Shown: positions 9,323-19,986, counted from the first letter of the stretch. The stretch is DNA of 64,000 nt from a bacterium (GCA_963674965.2 CAXXFL010000001.1:1216001-1280000); one strand, 5' to 3'. The notes: generated from the sequence alone by a model not told the origin. A program made the numbers and translations.

Positions 9323-10063
9323 ATGACGGAAGAGAAAAAAACGGACGATTCGAACGCGGCCGGCGAACATGGCTCGTCCCGCTCGATCCTCGATTTAAGA
9401 GGACGCCTTAACGATTCCTACCTGGCGCTTATGAACACGCCGGGCAAGATAAACGACGTGGCCTTCGGTTTCGCCATAGGCGTCTGGGTGTCTTTTACTC
9501 CCCTTTTCGGTCTGCACACGGCCCTGGCTTTTTTAATAGCCACCGCCTTTAGGAAAAGCACGGCCGCCGCCATCATCGGCACTCTGGTGTTGAACCCGTT
9601 GACCGGCCCGTTCATCGTGGCCGCGGAAATGGAACTGGGTCTTTTTCTCACCGGCCGCGGCGACGCCGCCTGGCCGGCCAGGATCAGCCTTAACCTCGAG
9701 GGCTTAAGGGCGCTTTACGGCGTCGGCGCCGAGCTGATCATTCCTTTCACGCTGGGTTGCTTAGCCCTTGGTCTGGTGGCCACGCCGGCGTGTTATTATC
9801 TTGTTTTCCGATCTCTCGTCAGCTACCGTCGCAGGCTTTACGGCAAGGTTAAATCGCGTATCGAGAGCACGGTAAAAAAGGAGGTCGAGGTCCTTAAGAA
9901 AGCCGGGGCCAAAACGGGCGAGGGCGCGAGAAAAGGGGCCCAATCCTTCAAGGAGCTTCAAAAACGGCGCAAGGAACGGGCGATCAAGGCGACCAAGGGG
10001 GTTACGCCCCGCACTCGTGTAACCAATCCCGCCTCATCCCGCGGCGGCGGCGACGGCCGGTGA
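9323..10063 (+). CDS. DUF2062-like membrane protein with a basic C-terminal extension
   Basis: TP..I..VAFGFAIGVWVSFTPLFGLHT...GTLVLNPLT pattern and several TM segments; lies between tsaD and rsmA. Confidence 0.75.
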   Translation: MTEEKKTDDSNAAGEHGSSRSILDLRGRLNDSYLALMNTPGKINDVAFGFAIGVWVSFTPLFGLHTALAFLIATAFRKSTAAAIIGTLVLNPLTGPFIVAAEMELGLFLTGRGDAAWPARISLNLEGLRALYGVGAELIIPFTLGCLALGLVATPACYYLVFRSLVSYRRRLYGKVKSRIESTVKKEVEVLKKAGAKTGEGARKGAQSFKELQKRRKERAIKATKGVTPRTRVTNPASSRGGGDGR

Positions 10064-10926
10064 CGACAAGGGTCCGTAAAGTGAGCCAGGCAAGGCGTAT
10101 TCTCGAGGAATACGGATACAAGCCTAAAAAAAGCAGGGGCCAGAGCTTCCTTTGCCAGGAGTCCTATTTGAAAAGGATCGCCGGTCTGGCCCGGATAGGT
10201 CCCTTCGAGATCGTGCTCGAAATCGGGCCGGGACCGGGCAACCTCACCCGGCGGCTCCTGGAAAAGGCCGGCCGCGTGGTCGCCATCGAGGTCGACCCCG
10301 AGCTTTGCGCCGTTCTGAGAAACGAGATTCAGGACGAGCGCTTTACTCTTATCGAGGCCGACGCCGTAAAATACGACCTCCGCTCGATCGCTCCCCCCGA
10401 GGAGAAGATCAAGGTGGTGGCCAACATTCCCTATAACCTTACCACTCCCATATTGTTCAAGCTGCTTGACGACCGCCGGCTTTTTTCCGCTTTATTCCTT
10501 CTCATGCAAAAGGAGGTGGCCGAAAAAATATGCGCCCCTTGCGGGAAAAAGCCCTATGGCATCCTGTCGGCCCAGGCCCAGATGTTCGCCGATTGCTCTT
10601 TGGCCCTCGAGGTCCCGGCCCGTGCCTTCCGCCCGCGGCCCAAGGTCGATTCAACCCTCGTCAGGCTGAAGATTCTGGACAAGCCCCGGGCCGAGCTTGT
10701 CGACGAAAAGGTTTACAAGAGGGTGGTAAGGGCCGCCTTCGCCAAGAGGCGGAAGACCATCCGCAACTCCCTGTCCTCGAGCGGCTTCGATATCAAGCCC
10801 GAATGGGTCGGGCCCGCCCTGAAAAAGGCGGGAGTGTCGCCCCAGCGCCGGGCCGAGACCGTGTCGGTCGAGGAATTCGCGGCCATAGCCAACGCCGCGG
10901 CCGAGATGGAGGCAGCCGATGCCTGA
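10060..10926 (+). CDS. rsmA: 16S rRNA m6,2A dimethyltransferase
   Basis: KKSRGQSFL, LEIGPGPGNLT, VVANIPYNLTTP, QKEVA, FRPRPKVDS and RAETVS. Confidence 0.95.
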   Translation: MTTRVRKVSQARRILEEYGYKPKKSRGQSFLCQESYLKRIAGLARIGPFEIVLEIGPGPGNLTRRLLEKAGRVVAIEVDPELCAVLRNEIQDERFTLIEADAVKYDLRSIAPPEEKIKVVANIPYNLTTPILFKLLDDRRLFSALFLLMQKEVAEKICAPCGKKPYGILSAQAQMFADCSLALEVPARAFRPRPKVDSTLVRLKILDKPRAELVDEKVYKRVVRAAFAKRRKTIRNSLSSSGFDIKPEWVGPALKKAGVSPQRRAETVSVEEFAAIANAAAEMEAADA

Positions 10927-11746
10927 GTTGCCGGAGGTCGAGACCATCCGGTGCGCTCTCCAGCCCAAAGTGGTTGGAAAGCTGATCGAAAAGGCGGTTA
11001 TACGCCGCGGTTCGAGGCTTATGCGGGACACGGTTAGCGCCGGGACCTTGAAGAAGAGGATCGAGGGGAGACGCGTCGACGCGGTGGGAAGGCGAGGTAA
11101 ATACCTTCTCTTCGAGCTGTCCGGGGGGGAATGCCTGGTGATCCACCTTGGCATGACGGGCAAGCTCTACGTGGTCGGCAAGGACGAGGACTCGCCCGAG
11201 CATACTCATCTTCGCCTCGAGCTCGGCGGGTCGTCGCTAGTTCTATCGGACCCCCGCACCTTCGGCAGGGTCATGGTCGCCAAGACCGGCGAGAAGGAAA
11301 AGCTGCCGGCCCTGGCTCGGCTGGGGCCGGAGCCGCTGGGCAAGGAATTCACCGACGAGGCCCTGGCCGCGGGCCTGAAGGGAAGAAAGGCGGCCCTTAA
11401 AGGACTTCTGCTTGACCAGTCCATAGTGGCCGGCGTGGGCAGCATTTACGCCGACGAGGCCTGCTTCCTGGCCCGGGTCAGCCCGCTTCGGCCGGGCGGT
11501 GAACTGGCCGGGACGGAGATAAAGGCCCTTCGCCAAGCCATAGTCAAGGTGCTCGAGACGGGCATAGCCAACCAGGGATGCACCATACGGGACTATGAGT
11601 GGGACCAGGGAAAAAGCGGGGGCTTCGCCAGACTCCTTAAGGCTTACGGACGAGAGGGACAAACTTGCAAAAGGTGCGGGGAAAAGATAATTAGAAAGGT
11701 GGTGGCCGGAAGAGGAGCTTCATATTGTCCCGGCTGCCAATCTTGA
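10919..11746 (+). CDS. mutM: Formamidopyrimidine-DNA glycosylase
   Basis: MPELPEVE, RRGKYL, HLGMTG, DPRTFG, LLDQSIVAGVG and a C-terminal zinc finger (CKRC...CPGCQ). Confidence 0.96.
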   Translation: MPELPEVETIRCALQPKVVGKLIEKAVIRRGSRLMRDTVSAGTLKKRIEGRRVDAVGRRGKYLLFELSGGECLVIHLGMTGKLYVVGKDEDSPEHTHLRLELGGSSLVLSDPRTFGRVMVAKTGEKEKLPALARLGPEPLGKEFTDEALAAGLKGRKAALKGLLLDQSIVAGVGSIYADEACFLARVSPLRPGGELAGTEIKALRQAIVKVLETGIANQGCTIRDYEWDQGKSGGFARLLKAYGREGQTCKRCGEKIIRKVVAGRGASYCPGCQS

Positions 11747-11807
11747 GGCCGGGAGACGCAATTAACGCGCTCGAGGCGGAAGAGGCGAGAGCGGAGAAAT
11801 CGAAAAC

Positions 11808-13079
11808 ATGAGAAAAAAATCGGCGAGCAAGGCCCCAAAAGTGAGCGGCCGTATAAGAACGGCTTTACTGGCCGTCTCACTAGCGGCCGCCTTTTTATTC
11901 CTTTCGTTGCCGGCCTCCTCCCAAAAGGACGGCCTGCCCGTCAAGGAGTACGGAGGGCAGGTCGGTTGTGACAGGACCCATGAGGAACAGGCGGCCATGG
12001 AAACGGTGGCTTCCTTCGTCTCCGGGTTTGACGGTAACAACCTCAGGGTGGAGCCAAAACTGATCCTTATGGCCAGGGAGCTCGCTACCGCCATACAGAA
12101 GCGGCCCTCCCTCCAGTCCCAGATACTCAGTTCCAAACAAACGGAGGATTTGAAACTGAAATACGGCGTCTACGAGACCGGCATGCACGCCTTCAGCACC
12201 ATGTTCGACGACGTTAAGCTAATGAAGGAGCAGATAGCCAACGAGTTCGCCAAGGACGTGGATAAAAGATACTCCCACATGGGGGCCGGCGTGACCGCGC
12301 CCAGGGGCGGGGGCGTTCCCGGCGTGGTGGTCATACTTCTTTTCGAGAAGCGGGTCATGCTGGCGCCTTTTCCCATGAAGGTGGGCCACCCGTCGTCATA
12401 CTCGTTGAAGGGCCGGCTGATGAACTCGAGCCAGGGCCAGAAGCCGAGCATTTTCCTTACCTCGCCCGACGGCTTGGTCAACCGCCTTATCTCGACCTTC
12501 AACGGTCCCAACTTCAGCGCCTCGGTGGCTTTCAACAAGGGCAAGGGAGTGTACAGGCTGGAGGTCGTTTCGACCGGTCCAGGCTCTTCCCAACTCGCGG
12601 CCCTTCTCACTGTGGAAGCGGGGGACGAGCCCGCCGAGCGGCCGGGAGCTTTCGAGATAACGGGAAGCTATCCCTACCCCGGCGACGAGGAGGAGGCGGA
12701 AAAAATCGTGCTTGACATGATTAACGAGATACGCGCAAGGGAAGGCCTGGAAAAGGTCGTCCACGAGCCGCGTCTGGCGAGGATGGCCAAGGAACACAGC
12801 GAGGACATGAGGGACAACAACTACGTGGGACACCTGTCTCCCAATTACGGCACGATCAAGGACCGAAGCAAGTTAAGCGGTCTTGGCTCCTATACGGTCA
12901 AGGAAAACGTTGCCCTTAACGCCAGCCTGCCCGAGGCCATGAACAACCTGCTGCGAAGCCCCGCCCACAGAGTGCCCATTATCGACCCGGAGAACACGCG
13001 CGTGGGAGTGGGCGTGGCCTTCGATCAAAGAAACGGTAACATGCATTTTTACTTGACCCAGGAGTTCGCCAAGATGTAG
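11808..13079 (+). CDS. Exported CAP/SCP-domain protein
   Basis: N-terminal signal/TM segment; C-terminal CAP motifs INEIRAREGL, HSEDM...GHLSP, ENVA, SPAHR and VGVGV. Confidence 0.8.
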   Translation: MRKKSASKAPKVSGRIRTALLAVSLAAAFLFLSLPASSQKDGLPVKEYGGQVGCDRTHEEQAAMETVASFVSGFDGNNLRVEPKLILMARELATAIQKRPSLQSQILSSKQTEDLKLKYGVYETGMHAFSTMFDDVKLMKEQIANEFAKDVDKRYSHMGAGVTAPRGGGVPGVVVILLFEKRVMLAPFPMKVGHPSSYSLKGRLMNSSQGQKPSIFLTSPDGLVNRLISTFNGPNFSASVAFNKGKGVYRLEVVSTGPGSSQLAALLTVEAGDEPAERPGAFEITGSYPYPGDEEEAEKIVLDMINEIRAREGLEKVVHEPRLARMAKEHSEDMRDNNYVGHLSPNYGTIKDRSKLSGLGSYTVKENVALNASLPEAMNNLLRSPAHRVPIIDPENTRVGVGVAFDQRNGNMHFYLTQEFAKM

Positions 13080-13278
13080 CCCTTCCCTCTTGTCTTCAAA
13101 TCCAAAATTTCCTTGCCCGGTCTTCGGTAAAGTGGTAATGTAAATTCCAACCGCTTGAGGGACGAAAAAAAATAAAAGATCGATGGTGACTCGCCGCTTT
13201 CCATTTCGCTAAGACATGGAGGAAGACGGCGTTGGTTTTCGAGTATCGAGCTATTCATCATTAGGAGGGAGCGTCATT

Positions 13279-13455
13279 ATGAGTTCGATAAGCGTAGAGA
13301 ACGGCCACGATGGGCTTATAGACGAAAGATGCGAGTGCGGAAACCTGCTTTGCAAGGTTTACAGCGAGACGGTGGAAATCAAATGCCGCCGATGCAAGCG
13401 CATTCACGTGATCCCGATCGATAAACTCATGGAGTATCGAAAGGCCCTGATTTAA
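13279..13455 (+). CDS. Small Com-family (Mu Com-like) zinc-ribbon protein
   Basis: RCECGNLLCK...EIKCRRCKRI; strong SD AGGAGGG before ATG 13279 (the ORF track starts at 13216). Confidence 0.7.
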   Translation: MSSISVENGHDGLIDERCECGNLLCKVYSETVEIKCRRCKRIHVIPIDKLMEYRKALI

Positions 13456-13666
13456 GGGCCTCTCGGGTTAAAAAAAAGCATTCCACCAGTACTCCCTTTT
13501 TCCTCATCGGCCCAAAGGTTGATGAGATAAATAAAGGCTCGCGCTTTGACAAAGAGGAGCGGGGAGTCGATATTATTATCATGTCCGATCTCGCGCCGGC
13601 GTCGATCAGCCGCTGGTTGGCCGCGCGCCTTATCTTAATAACCACGTTTTCCGGGAGGATATATAA

Positions 13667-14314
13667 ATGGAGCCTCGTTTTTTCGGTCACGTATTTAAAA
13701 GGTCCCCGTCCTGGTCCGCGGATTACGAGGGCAATGACTTTTCTCCTTCTTCCGGCGGCTACCCCGGCGGCATGGGACCGCCTTATGCCCCCGGCCCTCC
13801 CTACCAGGGAGGCTCGGGAGGAGGAACGTCCTCACTGGTCAAACTTCTGCTGGGCGGCGGGTGCGGATGCCTTACTTTGGTGGGCGTGGCGTTGGTCGTT
13901 TTCTTCGGGTGGGCCGCTTCTCTTCCCGAGTCCGGCGCCATGCCCGGGTCGCAGATTCGGGAAGAGACCAGGCAATACATGGAGGACCATGGCCTCATAG
14001 ATGAAAGCGACCGGATCATTTACTTCTCCGACGAGTCTCTGGGCGTTGACAACTCTGAGCTTTGCTTCTTTACCGATAAAAAGATCGTCTATTACACTGA
14101 AGACACGGGCGCGAACACCATCTACTGGAGGAACGTGGAGAGCGTCGAGCGCCGCGACGAGTTCCTTACCGTGGTTATCCTGGTCCATTCCAAAGAGGAC
14201 AGCTTTTTAAAATGCGAGATAGTAACGGGCGGAAACGAGTTCTTTACGGCCCTGGAGAAGAAATGGGAAACCGTTAAAAGCTACGAGAACGAAAACCAAG
14301 AGGATGAGGAATAA
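13667..14314 (+). CDS. Hypothetical single-TM membrane protein
   Basis: GGGAGG SD; G/P/Y-rich N-terminus, GGGCGC followed by a TM helix, then a soluble domain; 6-bp gap to folC. Confidence 0.7.
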   Translation: MEPRFFGHVFKRSPSWSADYEGNDFSPSSGGYPGGMGPPYAPGPPYQGGSGGGTSSLVKLLLGGGCGCLTLVGVALVVFFGWAASLPESGAMPGSQIREETRQYMEDHGLIDESDRIIYFSDESLGVDNSELCFFTDKKIVYYTEDTGANTIYWRNVESVERRDEFLTVVILVHSKEDSFLKCEIVTGGNEFFTALEKKWETVKSYENENQEDEE

Positions 14315-14320
14315 CGCGGG

Positions 14321-15652
14321 ATGAGCGAGGCTGGATACGAAAAGGCGCTGGCTTACCTTAACCTATACACCAACTACGAAAGAGAGCTGCGCTACCCCTA
14401 CGACGGGTGGTCCATGAACATCGAGCGCGTGCGCCTGCTCCTGGACGAGCTGGGCGCGCCGGACAAGTCCCTGTCCGTCGTACATATCGCCGGCACCAAG
14501 GGAAAGGGGTCGACGGCGGTCATGATCGAGGCCGCGGCCCGGGCCGCCGGCTATAAGACGGGCCTTTTCACCTCGCCTCATCTGCTCGAGTACAGGGAAA
14601 GGATCAGGATCGACTACCAGCCGGTGGAAAAAGCAGCCGTGGCCGCATGGGTCGAGCGCCTTATGCCGGCCGCGGAAAAAGTCCACTCGAGGCCCAAACT
14701 GGGCAAGCTGACTTATTTCGAGATTCTGACGGCCTTGGCCCTCGCCGTCTTCGCCGAGGCCAGGGTCGACCTCGCCGTGCTCGAGACCGGGCTGGGAGGC
14801 CGCTTTGACGCGACCAACGTCTGCGACCCCCTCGCGTCCGTGCTCACGCCCGTGAGCCTGGACCATACCGATATCCTGGGAGACACCCTCGAGGAAATAG
14901 CCTCGGAAAAAGCCATGATCATAAAGCCCGGAAAGCCCGCGGTGATCGCGCCCCAGACGAGGGGCGTATACGCGGTCTTCGCCTCCAGGGCCCGGGAGGT
15001 GGGGGCCGAACAAATCAGGGTGGCCGACGTCTACTCGTGGAAAACCATCGAGGAAAGCGCGACCGGGCAGAAGATACGCCTCGCGGGCCGGCGAGTGATC
15101 GAGGACCTCTTCATTCCTCTTCCCGGCGAGCCTCAGGCCATTAACGCCGCCGTCGCCGCGGCCACCCTCGACGTTCTCGAGGACAAGGGCTTTTCTATCA
15201 GCGACGGCCGGATCAAAAAAGGCATGGCCTCCATTTCGTGGCCCGCCAGGTTCCAGCGGGTAAGCCGCGACCCGGACGTAATACTTGACGGCGCTCATAA
15301 CGCCTCCAGCGCGGGTTATCTTCGCGACACGCTTTCACGCCTTTACGGGGGCAAAAAAATTATCGCGGTCCTGGGACTGGGAGGGGACAAGGACGTCGAG
15401 GGCTTTTGCCGCGAGCTTGGCCCGGCCCTCGATCGCGCCGTTATTACCAAGTCGCGGGCCATGAAGGCGGTCCCCGCCGGCGCCATCTCGTCATATCTTG
15501 CAGAGTTTGGCGTCGAGTGCAAGGCGACGGACGCGGTGGCGGCGGCCATGGAGGAGGCCCTTGCTCAGGCGTGTCCCGATTCGATCATAGTGGTGACGGG
15601 CTCCTTTTACGTTATCTCCGAGGCCATGGAGTGGTTTGCCCAAAAAGTCTGA
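14321..15652 (+). CDS. folC: Folylpolyglutamate synthase/dihydrofolate synthase
   Basis: HIAGTKGKGST, FTSPHL, YFE, ETGLGGRFDATN, DHTDILG and LDGAHN. Confidence 0.95.
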   Translation: MSEAGYEKALAYLNLYTNYERELRYPYDGWSMNIERVRLLLDELGAPDKSLSVVHIAGTKGKGSTAVMIEAAARAAGYKTGLFTSPHLLEYRERIRIDYQPVEKAAVAAWVERLMPAAEKVHSRPKLGKLTYFEILTALALAVFAEARVDLAVLETGLGGRFDATNVCDPLASVLTPVSLDHTDILGDTLEEIASEKAMIIKPGKPAVIAPQTRGVYAVFASRAREVGAEQIRVADVYSWKTIEESATGQKIRLAGRRVIEDLFIPLPGEPQAINAAVAAATLDVLEDKGFSISDGRIKKGMASISWPARFQRVSRDPDVILDGAHNASSAGYLRDTLSRLYGGKKIIAVLGLGGDKDVEGFCRELGPALDRAVITKSRAMKAVPAGAISSYLAEFGVECKATDAVAAAMEEALAQACPDSIIVVTGSFYVISEAMEWFAQKV

Positions 15653-15781
15653 GGCCCTTATCTCCGGCTTTTTCGCCCGAGGTCCGGGTTTTTTTACCGC
15701 CGGAAAATTCTGTTATAATGATGCGGCTTAGAGAATTCTAATTTTCTCCATATTCTTTTTTCTTTCTGGGGGTATAATAAA

Positions 15782-17038
15782 TTGCATCATTTCGAGTACA
15801 AAGACGGAGAGCTTTGCTGTGAGGAAGTTCCCCTGACCCGGATCGCCGAGGAATTCGGCACTCCCTGCTACGTGTATTCCAAGGCAACCCTCGTCCGTCA
15901 TTTCAAGGCTTTTGACGATCCCTTCGCCGACCTTCCCCACCTGACCTGCTTTTCGGTCAAGGCCTGCTCGAACCTGGCCATCCTCCGGCTTTTCGGGGAC
16001 CTGGGCGGGGGCTTCGACGTGGTCAGCGGCGGCGAGCTGTTCCGAGTGATCAAGGCCGGGTGCGACCCGAGGAAGGTGGCTTACTCCGGCGTGGGCAAGA
16101 CGGCTGACGAGATAGCTTTCGCCTTGGACTCGGACGTATTGATGTTCAACGTGGAGAGCGAGGCCGAGCTAGAGGCCATCGCGAGGATCGCCGAGAAGAA
16201 GGGCAAGAAGGCCCGCCTGTCGGTCCGGGTAAATCCCGAGGTCGACCCCAAAACCCATCCTTACATAGCCACGGGACTTCGGGAGGCCAAGTTCGGGGTC
16301 ATTACCGAGGACGCCCGCAAGATTTACATGAGGACCCTGGAGATGGAATGGGTCGAGGCCATCGGCGTGGACTGCCACATCGGCAGTCAGCTCACCCAGA
16401 CGGCGCCCTTTATCGAGGCCCTTGCCAGATTGATCAATCTTACCTCGTCCCTCCGGGATGACGGATTGGAAATAAAGTACCTCGACCTGGGAGGGGGCCT
16501 GGGCATAACCTATCGCGACGAGAGGCCGCCCCTGCCCAAGGAATACGCCGTCGAGATCGCGGGCGCCATCAAGGAGCTGGGCGTGACCCTTATCCTCGAG
16601 CCCGGCAGGGTGATAGTGGGCAACGCGGCCGTGCTTCTTACCCGGGCGCTTTACGAGAAAAAGACGCCGGATAAAAAGTTCATCATCGTCGACGCGGCCA
16701 TGAACGACTGCATTCGGCCTTCCCTTTACGGCGCGTATCATGACATAAAGCCGGTAAAGGAGGCGGCCGAGGGGAAGGAGGAGGCCGTGGACATGGTGGG
16801 ACCCATTTGCGAGTCCACCGACTTCCTGGCCAAGAACCGGCTCATGCCTCCCTTTAGAGCGGGCGACCTCGCGGCGGTCATGAGCGCCGGGGCTTATTGC
16901 GCGGCCATGGCCAGCAATTACAACTCCAGGCCCCGGGCGGCCGAGGTCCTGGTCTCGGGCGACAAGGCCATGCTCATACGGAAGAGGGAAACTTACGACG
17001 ACGTCATCAGGGGGGAGTCCGTCCCGGACGCCCTATAA
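15782..17038 (+). CDS. lysA: Diaminopimelate decarboxylase
   Basis: SVKACSN (PLP lysine), HIGSQ, DLGGG, EPGR, GPICESTD and MASNYNSRP. Confidence 0.96.
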   Translation: MHHFEYKDGELCCEEVPLTRIAEEFGTPCYVYSKATLVRHFKAFDDPFADLPHLTCFSVKACSNLAILRLFGDLGGGFDVVSGGELFRVIKAGCDPRKVAYSGVGKTADEIAFALDSDVLMFNVESEAELEAIARIAEKKGKKARLSVRVNPEVDPKTHPYIATGLREAKFGVITEDARKIYMRTLEMEWVEAIGVDCHIGSQLTQTAPFIEALARLINLTSSLRDDGLEIKYLDLGGGLGITYRDERPPLPKEYAVEIAGAIKELGVTLILEPGRVIVGNAAVLLTRALYEKKTPDKKFIIVDAAMNDCIRPSLYGAYHDIKPVKEAAEGKEEAVDMVGPICESTDFLAKNRLMPPFRAGDLAAVMSAGAYCAAMASNYNSRPRAAEVLVSGDKAMLIRKRETYDDVIRGESVPDAL

Positions 17039-17068
17039 AGGGCCCCCTGGAGGATATCGAGGAAACCG

Positions 17069-17890
17069 ATGGAACTTGAGTTCACTAAAATGCACGGCCT
17101 CGGCAACGACATGGTCGTGCTCGATTCACTGAGTAGCGGCTTTATACCGACCTCCGAGCAGGCCCGGGCCATGCTGCAAAGGCGGTATGGAATCGGCGGA
17201 GACCAGATACTCGTGCTCCTTCCCTCGGAGTCGGCGGACTTCAAGATGCTGATCTTCAACAACGACGGCTCCGAGGTCGAGATGTGCGGGAACGGCGTCC
17301 GCTGCCTTGCCAGGTACATCCACGACCGGGGCATTTCGGACAAGACCCCCCTCGAGATAGAGACCCTGGCCGGGACCATCAAGCCGGAGCTGGTGGGCGA
17401 CCTGGTCAAGGTGGATATGGGCAAACCCATATTCGAGGCCTCGAGGGTCCCGGTCAAAGGAGAGGGAATACTCCGGGGGGTCGAGATGGAGGCGGGCGGC
17501 CGGGTCTTCAAGATGAGCGCGGTCAGCATGGGCAATCCTCACTGCGTGATCGAGACCGACGACGTCGAGGCCGTGCCCCTCTCGGAAATAGGTCCCGTCA
17601 TCGAGAGGCATCCCTGGTTTCCGAACCGGACCAACGTCGAGTTCGTCCAGGTAGTATCGCCCAGGCGGATGATCGTCCGGGTGTGGGAAAGAGGCGCGGG
17701 CATTACCCTGGCCTGCGGCACCGGGGCCTGCGGCGCGGCCGTAGCCATGATGGACCTGGGACGCGTTGGCCGCGAGGTCACCGCGGCCCTTCCGGGAGGA
17801 GACCTGGAAATAAAATGGGACGAGAAGACCGGCCACGTCTTCATGACCGGTCCCGCCCGGGAGGTATACCGGGGCACGATCAAGCTCTAG
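17069..17890 (+). CDS. dapF: Diaminopimelate epimerase
   Basis: FTKMHGLGND, EMCGNG, SMGNPH, RTNVEF and ERGAGITLACGTG. Confidence 0.96.
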   Translation: MELEFTKMHGLGNDMVVLDSLSSGFIPTSEQARAMLQRRYGIGGDQILVLLPSESADFKMLIFNNDGSEVEMCGNGVRCLARYIHDRGISDKTPLEIETLAGTIKPELVGDLVKVDMGKPIFEASRVPVKGEGILRGVEMEAGGRVFKMSAVSMGNPHCVIETDDVEAVPLSEIGPVIERHPWFPNRTNVEFVQVVSPRRMIVRVWERGAGITLACGTGACGAAVAMMDLGRVGREVTAALPGGDLEIKWDEKTGHVFMTGPAREVYRGTIKL

Positions 17891-18144
17891 CCGGGGCGGC
17901 CGTTGCCGCCGACGCCCGGCTCTGATATATTTCACGGAACGCCGGTAATTATTCGTTTGGTGGACGATTTTTATGAGGCCGGCCGGATGGTCCGCCGTCA
18001 AGACGTTTGAAGGCGCAATTCTAAGGCCCGCGGCTTGCGCCGCCCACATAGCGGAGTTGTGTGGATACGCCGCGGCCGGTTGGCGCGCGGGGCGGGGGCC
18101 CCGGCGATCATTGAAACTAAAGCTTGAAAGGAGCGAGGAGACAC

Positions 18145-19977
18145 ATGGTTGAATTCAGCGAGAAAGTCTTGCCCGGGACCTTTTACAACCGCGCCCGGAA
18201 ACATCCCGAGAAGGTCTACCTTATTTCACGGTTCGATGAAACGGGAAAGAAAACGCCCGACGTCCTCCATAACGTGACCTGGGCGCAAACCGAGCGGATC
18301 GTGAGAGACTTCATCAAGGGCCTTAAAGTCATGGGCTTTAAGGACCTCGACCGTCTCGCCGTTTTCGGGCCCAACCGTCCGCGCTGGATTTACTCTTGCT
18401 TCTCGGCCATCGGCCTTCGGGGGACCCACGTTCCCATATATCCTACCAGCAAGGAGGACGACGTCTGGTGGATACTCCAGGACTCTGGCGCCAAGTTCGT
18501 GGTCTGCGGGAGCATGGAGCACGTGGAGAAGGCCCTGGCCGTCAAGGACAGGGTCGAGACCCTGGAGGGGATCATTTTGATGGACCCGCCGCCCGGCGAC
18601 CAGGACGACCGCGTGATCGGCTTCGACCAGGTGCTGCAAAAGGGACGGGACAGCGGCATCTCCGACGACGATCTGGACAAGGCCATCGAGACCATCGGGG
18701 AAGAGGACCTGGCGGCCATTATCTACACCTCCGGCACCACGGGGCGGCCAAAGGGGGTCATGCTCACCCACAAGAACTTCATCGCCCAAAGGCGTCTCGA
18801 GCATAACTTCGACTTCACCGACGAGGAGGTCTTCCTGGCCCATCTTCCCATGTGCCACTCCTTTGGTTTTTCCTCAGACCTTTTAAACGGGACCAACATC
18901 GGCGCGACCCTTTTCGTGGCCGACAGCCTCGAGACCATGGAGATGCGCAAAAACCTGGCCGACTCGAGGCCCACCTTCATGGCCTCCGTGCCCCGGTTGT
19001 GGGAGAAGTTCTACATCCAGATCGGGCAGACCATCAAGGAGCAGTCGCCCTTCAAGCAAAAGCTGGTCGGCTGGGCCATCGAGGTCGGACAGGAGGCCTA
19101 CAAGACCAAGACCGACGGAAAGCCCCTGTCCCCGGTCCTTCAGCTCAAGGCAAAGTTCGCCTCCCGCATTTTCGGCAAGATCAAGGCCAGGGTCGGCCTG
19201 GACCGGCTCAAATACAGCGCCACCGGCGGCGGTCCCATTAACGCCAAGCTGATATACTTCTTCGGCGGCATGGGGATCGAGCTCTTCCAGGGGTTCGGCC
19301 TGACCGAGACGGCCCCCATCATCTACGCCAACCATCCCAAGGCCAACAAGATCGGGACCGTGGGCAAGCCCCTGGACAACATGGAGGGAAAGATAGCCGA
19401 GGACGGCGAAATACTGGTTCGCGGCCCGCAGATCATGACGGGCTATTACAACAACCCCGAGGCCACCAGGGAAGTGCTCGACGCCGAAGGGTGGTTCTAT
19501 ACAGGCGACATCGGGGAGATCGACTCGGAGGGTTTCCTTAGAATAACCGACAGGAAAAAGGAACTCATCATCACCTCGGGCGGAAAGAACATCGCCCCCC
19601 AGCCCATCGAGAACGAGTTCAACACCGATCCCTACATCGAGATGATCTGCGCCATCGGCGACGGCCGGAAGTTCATATCCGCCCTGGTGGTTCCCGAGTT
19701 CGACAACGTCAAGGCCTGGCTGAAGGAAAAGACCGGCGAGACCATTGACGACAACCAAAAGCTCATCGAGAACGAGCAGGTCAAGGAGCTTATCCAGGAG
19801 AGGATCGGCGAGGCCAACAAGCGCCTGGCCAAGTACGAGCAGATCAAAAAGTACGTGATCCTTTCCCAGCCCTTCGCCGAGGAGTCGGGAGAGCTTACGC
19901 CGTCACAGAAAAAGAAGCGCCGCGTAATCCACCAGAAGTACGAGAGCGAGATCGAGGGCATGTACCCCTCGGACTAA
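18145..19977 (+). CDS. Long-chain fatty acid--CoA ligase (AMP-forming)
   Basis: IYTSGTTGRPKGVMLTH, GFGLTET, GWFYTGDIG, RKKELIITSGGKNIAPQPIE and ELTPSQK; SD AGGAG before ATG 18145. Confidence 0.9.
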   Translation: MVEFSEKVLPGTFYNRARKHPEKVYLISRFDETGKKTPDVLHNVTWAQTERIVRDFIKGLKVMGFKDLDRLAVFGPNRPRWIYSCFSAIGLRGTHVPIYPTSKEDDVWWILQDSGAKFVVCGSMEHVEKALAVKDRVETLEGIILMDPPPGDQDDRVIGFDQVLQKGRDSGISDDDLDKAIETIGEEDLAAIIYTSGTTGRPKGVMLTHKNFIAQRRLEHNFDFTDEEVFLAHLPMCHSFGFSSDLLNGTNIGATLFVADSLETMEMRKNLADSRPTFMASVPRLWEKFYIQIGQTIKEQSPFKQKLVGWAIEVGQEAYKTKTDGKPLSPVLQLKAKFASRIFGKIKARVGLDRLKYSATGGGPINAKLIYFFGGMGIELFQGFGLTETAPIIYANHPKANKIGTVGKPLDNMEGKIAEDGEILVRGPQIMTGYYNNPEATREVLDAEGWFYTGDIGEIDSEGFLRITDRKKELIITSGGKNIAPQPIENEFNTDPYIEMICAIGDGRKFISALVVPEFDNVKAWLKEKTGETIDDNQKLIENEQVKELIQERIGEANKRLAKYEQIKKYVILSQPFAEESGELTPSQKKKRRVIHQKYESEIEGMYPSD

Positions 19978-19986
19978 GGGGAAAAA

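Noticed and set aside
13178-13250. GATGGTGACTCGCC resembles the start of a fluoride riboswitch
   Set aside because: It lacks the 5' GGC pairing strand and the downstream pseudoknot consensus, and no fluoride-related gene follows.
15653-15781. Possible lysine riboswitch before lysA
   Set aside because: The gap is only about 130 bp and has no L-box consensus.
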